From: Piromyces finnis finn
Lineage: Eukaryota; Fungi; Neocallimastigomycota
DNA length: 64,000 bases
Assembly: GCA_002104945.1 (NCBI GenBank)
Contig: MCFH01000007.1
Coordinates: 992,001 to 1,056,000 of the forward strand
Direction of reading: 5' to 3'
Part shown: positions 54,529 to 64,000 of the stretch, piece after piece
Position numbering within the stretch: the first letter of the stretch is position 1
Layout: each line of letters starts with the position of its first letter
The notes under the pieces: model-generated
The model's input: only the letters and a program-made list of their open reading frames with translations
What the model was told of the DNA's origin: nothing
Databases searched by the model: none
Translations under genes and position numbers: made by a program

Positions 54529-56646
54529 TTATATTAAGACAGTTTCGTCATCAAAAGATATATCATCTAAATTGAAATCTTCATCTTCATCTTCATCTAA
54601 ATCTAAATCTGATAAATTTAATTCATTTAAAATATCATCCAGGTTTTCACTGTTAACATTACTCGATTCACTTAATGAATCTAATTCACTTAAATCGAGA
54701 ATATCATTAAGAGTATCATCTAATAATGAAATTTGCTCCAAAGTGGTAGAAACTTCAGTACTAGGATTAACCTCACTTAACATTGTTCTTTCCTTTACAT
54801 CATTTTTTAATAATTTTGTGTTGCTTAATTCTTCTTTATCAACTTCTTTTTGTGACATTTCAAAATTAGATTTTTTATCATTTCCATTTATTGATACAGT
54901 TGAAATTTCTAAATTACTTTTAACATCGGCTATTTCTTCTTCATCAACTTCTAGAATACTAGAATAACGCCTATGTATTTTTTTTAATGCTTTATCTTGC
55001 CGTTGAGTTAAAACATTCAACTTATAGCGAAGTTTATTTAATTCGATTTCATTTGCAGAAGCTACATCTACGAGTTTTGTATGTCTATTTTCTATTTCTT
55101 CTCTTGCTTGCCTGTGATTTTCAACTTTCCTATTTAATAAATCGATTTCACGCTTAGAAAGATCATTTAATTTAGTTGATTTATCTAATTTTTTCTTTAA
55201 TTCTATAATTTCCTCATTTTTTTTTTTCAACTCTTTTTCTAACATAGCTAATCTTTGTAATTCATCAGATGAATTTTTAGGCATCTGTTGTTCATTAATT
55301 GAATCTGACGTTGATATATCTTTACTTTTTATTTCATTCATTATTATTAATGGCGATTCAACTTTTGTTTTTTCTTCTTCGCTGTCTTCATCATCATTTC
55401 TATCGAAAGTGAAGCTTTGTTCATTCATTTTTAAGGTGATTAATTCATTTCTTAGCATATCTGAGTAAGCTTTTGAATGTTCAAGTTCACGGGTAGTCTC
55501 AGAAAGTTTATTTTGAAGAGATTCAATTTCCAATTTTAGATTCTTAATTACAGTAAGTTCTAATTCCTCGATAGCTTGCTTTTTTGCTTGTTCAATTTCA
55601 TTTTCTCTTACTTTTTCTAATTTATATTGATATTGCTCTAAATCCTGTTTTATTTGATTAATTTGTTGTAATTTTTGCTTATAAATTCGTTGACTATTTT
55701 CAAGTTCAGCTTGCATAATATGGGTTCGACTTTCTTTTAAAGGGGAAATTGAGCCAGAATTATATAATCTTGAACTTCTATTTGGATGTCTTACTTCTAA
55801 TGAACTTTTACTTCTTGGGGGTATATAAGAATTAGTATTTGGATGAAAGTTTGAAGACCTCATAGAAAAAATACTATCATGATCATCATCTATAAAACTA
55901 TCATATTTTTCATCAAAAATACTGTTTGGGAGAGAATTAATTGAATATAAAGATCTTGCGTAAGAAACATCAATATTATTATCTATGTCAAAAGTACTAC
56001 TAAATGATGCATGTCTACTACCACGTCCTCTTTTATAAGCTGGATTTGGGCTTGAATTTGGAGAATAACCTACTACACTTGAAGAAGAACTTACAGCAGA
56101 AGAGGCTGACATTAATTCTAATTTTTCTTTCCATTGACTCATTCGCAATTGAATACGTTGAGTTCTTTGTTCCGGAGAATTATAAGAAAGTTCTTGCGCA
56201 CCTTTATGATATGAATGTGTGTATTTAGATTTATTTACAGAATTGTCATCAGAAGAATGGATGTCCCAATTATCGATATGTGGAATGGTTTCTAATTGTG
56301 AAATCGATATCATATCATTACCATTATCAAAAGATGGAGTTGGAGTGGATGAAGGTGATGATACAGAATCATTTTGTTTTTGATATTGTTGTTGTTGTTT
56401 TTGCCATATTATGACATTGTGATGAAGGGATGGTATAGCTGTATCTTTTGGACTTATAATGGTTGTAGCTTGGTTTGATGATTCGCTAAAATATGCAGAA
56501 TCTGTTGCTGTTATTTGTGACATTCTTTTATTTTTATCATAATTAACGATTTCATCTTCATCATCAGATAGGAATGATAATTCATCTGGTTTACGTTGAT
56601 GATATTTCATTTGATTTTGTGGATTACTTTCATAAAAAGTTATCAT
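54529..56646 (-). CDS. Hypothetical protein with Ser-rich N-half, long coiled-coil C-half and acidic tail
   Basis: 705-aa single ORF; heptad-rich E/K/Q/L segment; no family recognised. Confidence 0.8.
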   Translation of the reverse strand: MITFYESNPQNQMKYHQRKPDELSFLSDDEDEIVNYDKNKRMSQITATDSAYFSESSNQATTIISPKDTAIPSLHHNVIIWQKQQQQYQKQNDSVSSPSSTPTPSFDNGNDMISISQLETIPHIDNWDIHSSDDNSVNKSKYTHSYHKGAQELSYNSPEQRTQRIQLRMSQWKEKLELMSASSAVSSSSSVVGYSPNSSPNPAYKRGRGSRHASFSSTFDIDNNIDVSYARSLYSINSLPNSIFDEKYDSFIDDDHDSIFSMRSSNFHPNTNSYIPPRSKSSLEVRHPNRSSRLYNSGSISPLKESRTHIMQAELENSQRIYKQKLQQINQIKQDLEQYQYKLEKVRENEIEQAKKQAIEELELTVIKNLKLEIESLQNKLSETTRELEHSKAYSDMLRNELITLKMNEQSFTFDRNDDEDSEEEKTKVESPLIIMNEIKSKDISTSDSINEQQMPKNSSDELQRLAMLEKELKKKNEEIIELKKKLDKSTKLNDLSKREIDLLNRKVENHRQAREEIENRHTKLVDVASANEIELNKLRYKLNVLTQRQDKALKKIHRRYSSILEVDEEEIADVKSNLEISTVSINGNDKKSNFEMSQKEVDKEELSNTKLLKNDVKERTMLSEVNPSTEVSTTLEQISLLDDTLNDILDLSELDSLSESSNVNSENLDDILNELNLSDLDLDEDEDEDFNLDDISFDDETVLI

Positions 56647-57455
56647 TTTTAATATTTAATTTACACTTTATATATATTTTAATATATTTCTAATTTCATA
56701 GATTCACACTTTTAAAAATTTAAAAATATTTGATCTTTTGTTACTACTAGTATTATTTTAAATATACATATCTTTGCATTATTAATAAGACAATATATTT
56801 TTATACTAATAATGAGTGATTTATATAAATTTCAAATGATAATTAAATGATATATATTTATGAAAAAAAAAAAAAAACGTGAATGAATTCGAAAAGTATT
56901 TACGTTAGAAACAATTAATTATAAAAAATAATAACTTTTGAAGGTTATAATTAAAACAATAGTCTAATTAGTTGATAATAATCAAAACTTATTTTTAAAA
57001 ATTATTAATGAAAATTAAAATTATTGATAATATTATTATTAATTAAATATTATTTTTAATTGTAAGATTATTTTATTAAATTATAATTTAATCGTGTTAG
57101 ATAGTAATACTGATTGTTGATATTTATTAAATAAACATATTATTCTTCTTTATCTTTTATCGATTAATATAAGAAATTACTATTTTTTAATATTTATATA
57201 TTTAATGGTATCTATCAATTTTTTTGCTTTTTTCACTAAGAACTATCTATCACATAAAATCAATTAATCAATTTCCTTTTTTATTCTTAAGATCTAAAAG
57301 ATATAAAATTTCTTCATTAGTAATTTTTTTTCTACTAACATTATACTTCCAGATTTTAAAATTATTGATATATTTAATATTTAATAGAATAATTTTATAT
57401 ACATAAAACGAATAATATATGATAAATATTTTTATTATTATACTATTATTTACTA

Positions 57456-57496
57456 ATAAATATTGTAATATATTAATAATATATTACAATATTTAT
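57456..57496. repeat. Perfect AT-rich inverted repeat, 19-bp arms and 3-nt loop
   Basis: ATAAATATTGTAATATATT-AAT-AATATATTACAATATTTAT. Confidence 0.8.
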
Positions 57497-59256
57497 ATAT
57501 TGGTTTTAATCCACTTTTTTTAACTATAATTTTATAAACACTAATAGATTTAAAATTAAATACTATGAACAAATAAAAATGGAAATATTTTTCATATATT
57601 TATATTATAAGTATATAATATAAATATAATAAGTATATTAATTTAACTTTTTGTTTAATTTATGAATATTACATTAAAAATGTATAAATTAAATAATTCT
57701 GTGTTACGCAAAGTAATTGTTAGAAATAAAGTTCATATTAAAATCAATATATTAGAAATTAAATATATGCTATTTATGTGTGGCTTATAACAATATAATG
57801 TTTACGTAATAGACAATGTACTTATATAAATGTACTAAAATATAGTGTAATTAATTAATATAATTAATTAATATATTTATATTATATATTAACAAAGTTA
57901 AATAATAATTAATTAACAATTATTAACAATATTTATAAAAATATAGTAAATTGTGAAGCACAATTTTTGAAGTTGTGTCAAATAATATATTTAACAATAA
58001 TCTTTTGATATAATATCTAAATATATATTACCAATTTAATCGAACATTGTACAACAATATATATCAAATAAAATCCATTTAAAAATTTAGTTTAAAAATG
58101 TCAATAAGAGTTTATTTTATTTTCATTTACTTGAAAAATTGCTAATTGAGCCAATAAATACTCACTAAATATTATGAAGATTAAACTTTAATGATAATTA
58201 AAATAAATAGAAAAAGCTTCAAAAAAAATAAAAAAAAAAAGGCAGAAAATGAAGAAAAAGTATTGAAAGACCAAAATTAAAATAAAGGTTTTAATTAGTT
58301 TGATAAATTAATATAATATTATTTATTAATATAGTGGAAAAGAAAGTAATCAATTAATTAATAAGGGCATTAATATTCAATTCAGTAAGATAGTAGCAAA
58401 TTAGTATATTTTTAATTAAATATATATTATATATTTAATAATAATCTATTATCATTTTTATATAGTTTATTAACCCTTGCATTATTCATATTTTTATATA
58501 TTAATTTTAGTAAAAAAATAGGAACAAGGATTAATGGATTATTACAAAGCAAAAAAAAAAAAGGCATGGAAAAAATTTTTAATATATTTATATTTTTATG
58601 ACACAAAATTAAAAAATTTTTTTTAAATAATAAAAAACATAATTTTACATAACTTGTCTCCCGTTTAATGATATTGAATTAAAATATATATCTTTTGAAA
58701 TAAAGCTTCTTTTATTCAAAAATATAAAAATAAATTTACTATCTTTTATAGGAAGAATAAAATAATACATTGTTAATAATTTTCATGTAAGGTTTATAAA
58801 AAAAAATACTAAAAAAAATATTTTAACAAAGGATGAAATTCCTTATTAATTATTTCAAACAAAAAATAAAAATAATATATTTTGATTTTTAATTAATCCT
58901 ATAAAAGGAAATTTAGAATATTAAAGATAATTATTGTCTAATAAAAACAAGTAAGAATTTTTAATGAATAAAATATATTAAATGGTATATTTAATAAATT
59001 ATTTAGACAATATAATTGATATATTTTTAAATAGGTTTATATAATAGTTAAGGTTAAATTTAAAATATAATAATAAATACATATAATTTATTAATAAAAT
59101 TTTAGTAGTGATCATTAAAAAATATCAACATATATTATATGGTTTATATATATATATTATGAAGTAGTTAATTAAAACTTTTGTATTATAAAAATATAAA
59201 AGCAATGTCAAATTAAAAATAATAAAAACCATATACTTTTAAAAGAAAAAGATGCT

Positions 59257-64000
<4,744 letters not shown>

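Overview
Extremely AT-rich eukaryotic genomic DNA with spliceosomal GT-AG introns and long microsatellites. A spliced, presequence-bearing [FeFe]-hydrogenase maturase HydG points to an anaerobic gut fungus (Neocallimastigomycota); this assignment is inference. About 12 protein genes are supported: a partial unknown gene, an Angel/CCR4-like EEP phosphatase, a presenilin with an N-terminal MYND zinc finger, a DUF829/TMEM53-like protein, Zim17, HydG, an orphan secreted protein, RPL23, an SLC26/SulP-STAS transporter, a STRAD-like pseudokinase, a coiled-coil protein and the 3' part of RAD50. The main unexplained signal is a non-LTR retroelement system of four insertions, each with a target-site duplication and an A-tail. 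Two are 5'-truncated LINE fragments (25033-26255 +, 39931-40615 -). Two are non-coding SINE-like elements (17229-17611 +, 33742-34325 -) that share a tRNA-like 70-nt head but carry different 3' tails, each matching a different one of the two LINEs. All four keep a covarying two-hairpin RNA structure that lies inside the C-terminal coding region of LINE ORF2. All alignments and folds were done by eye.
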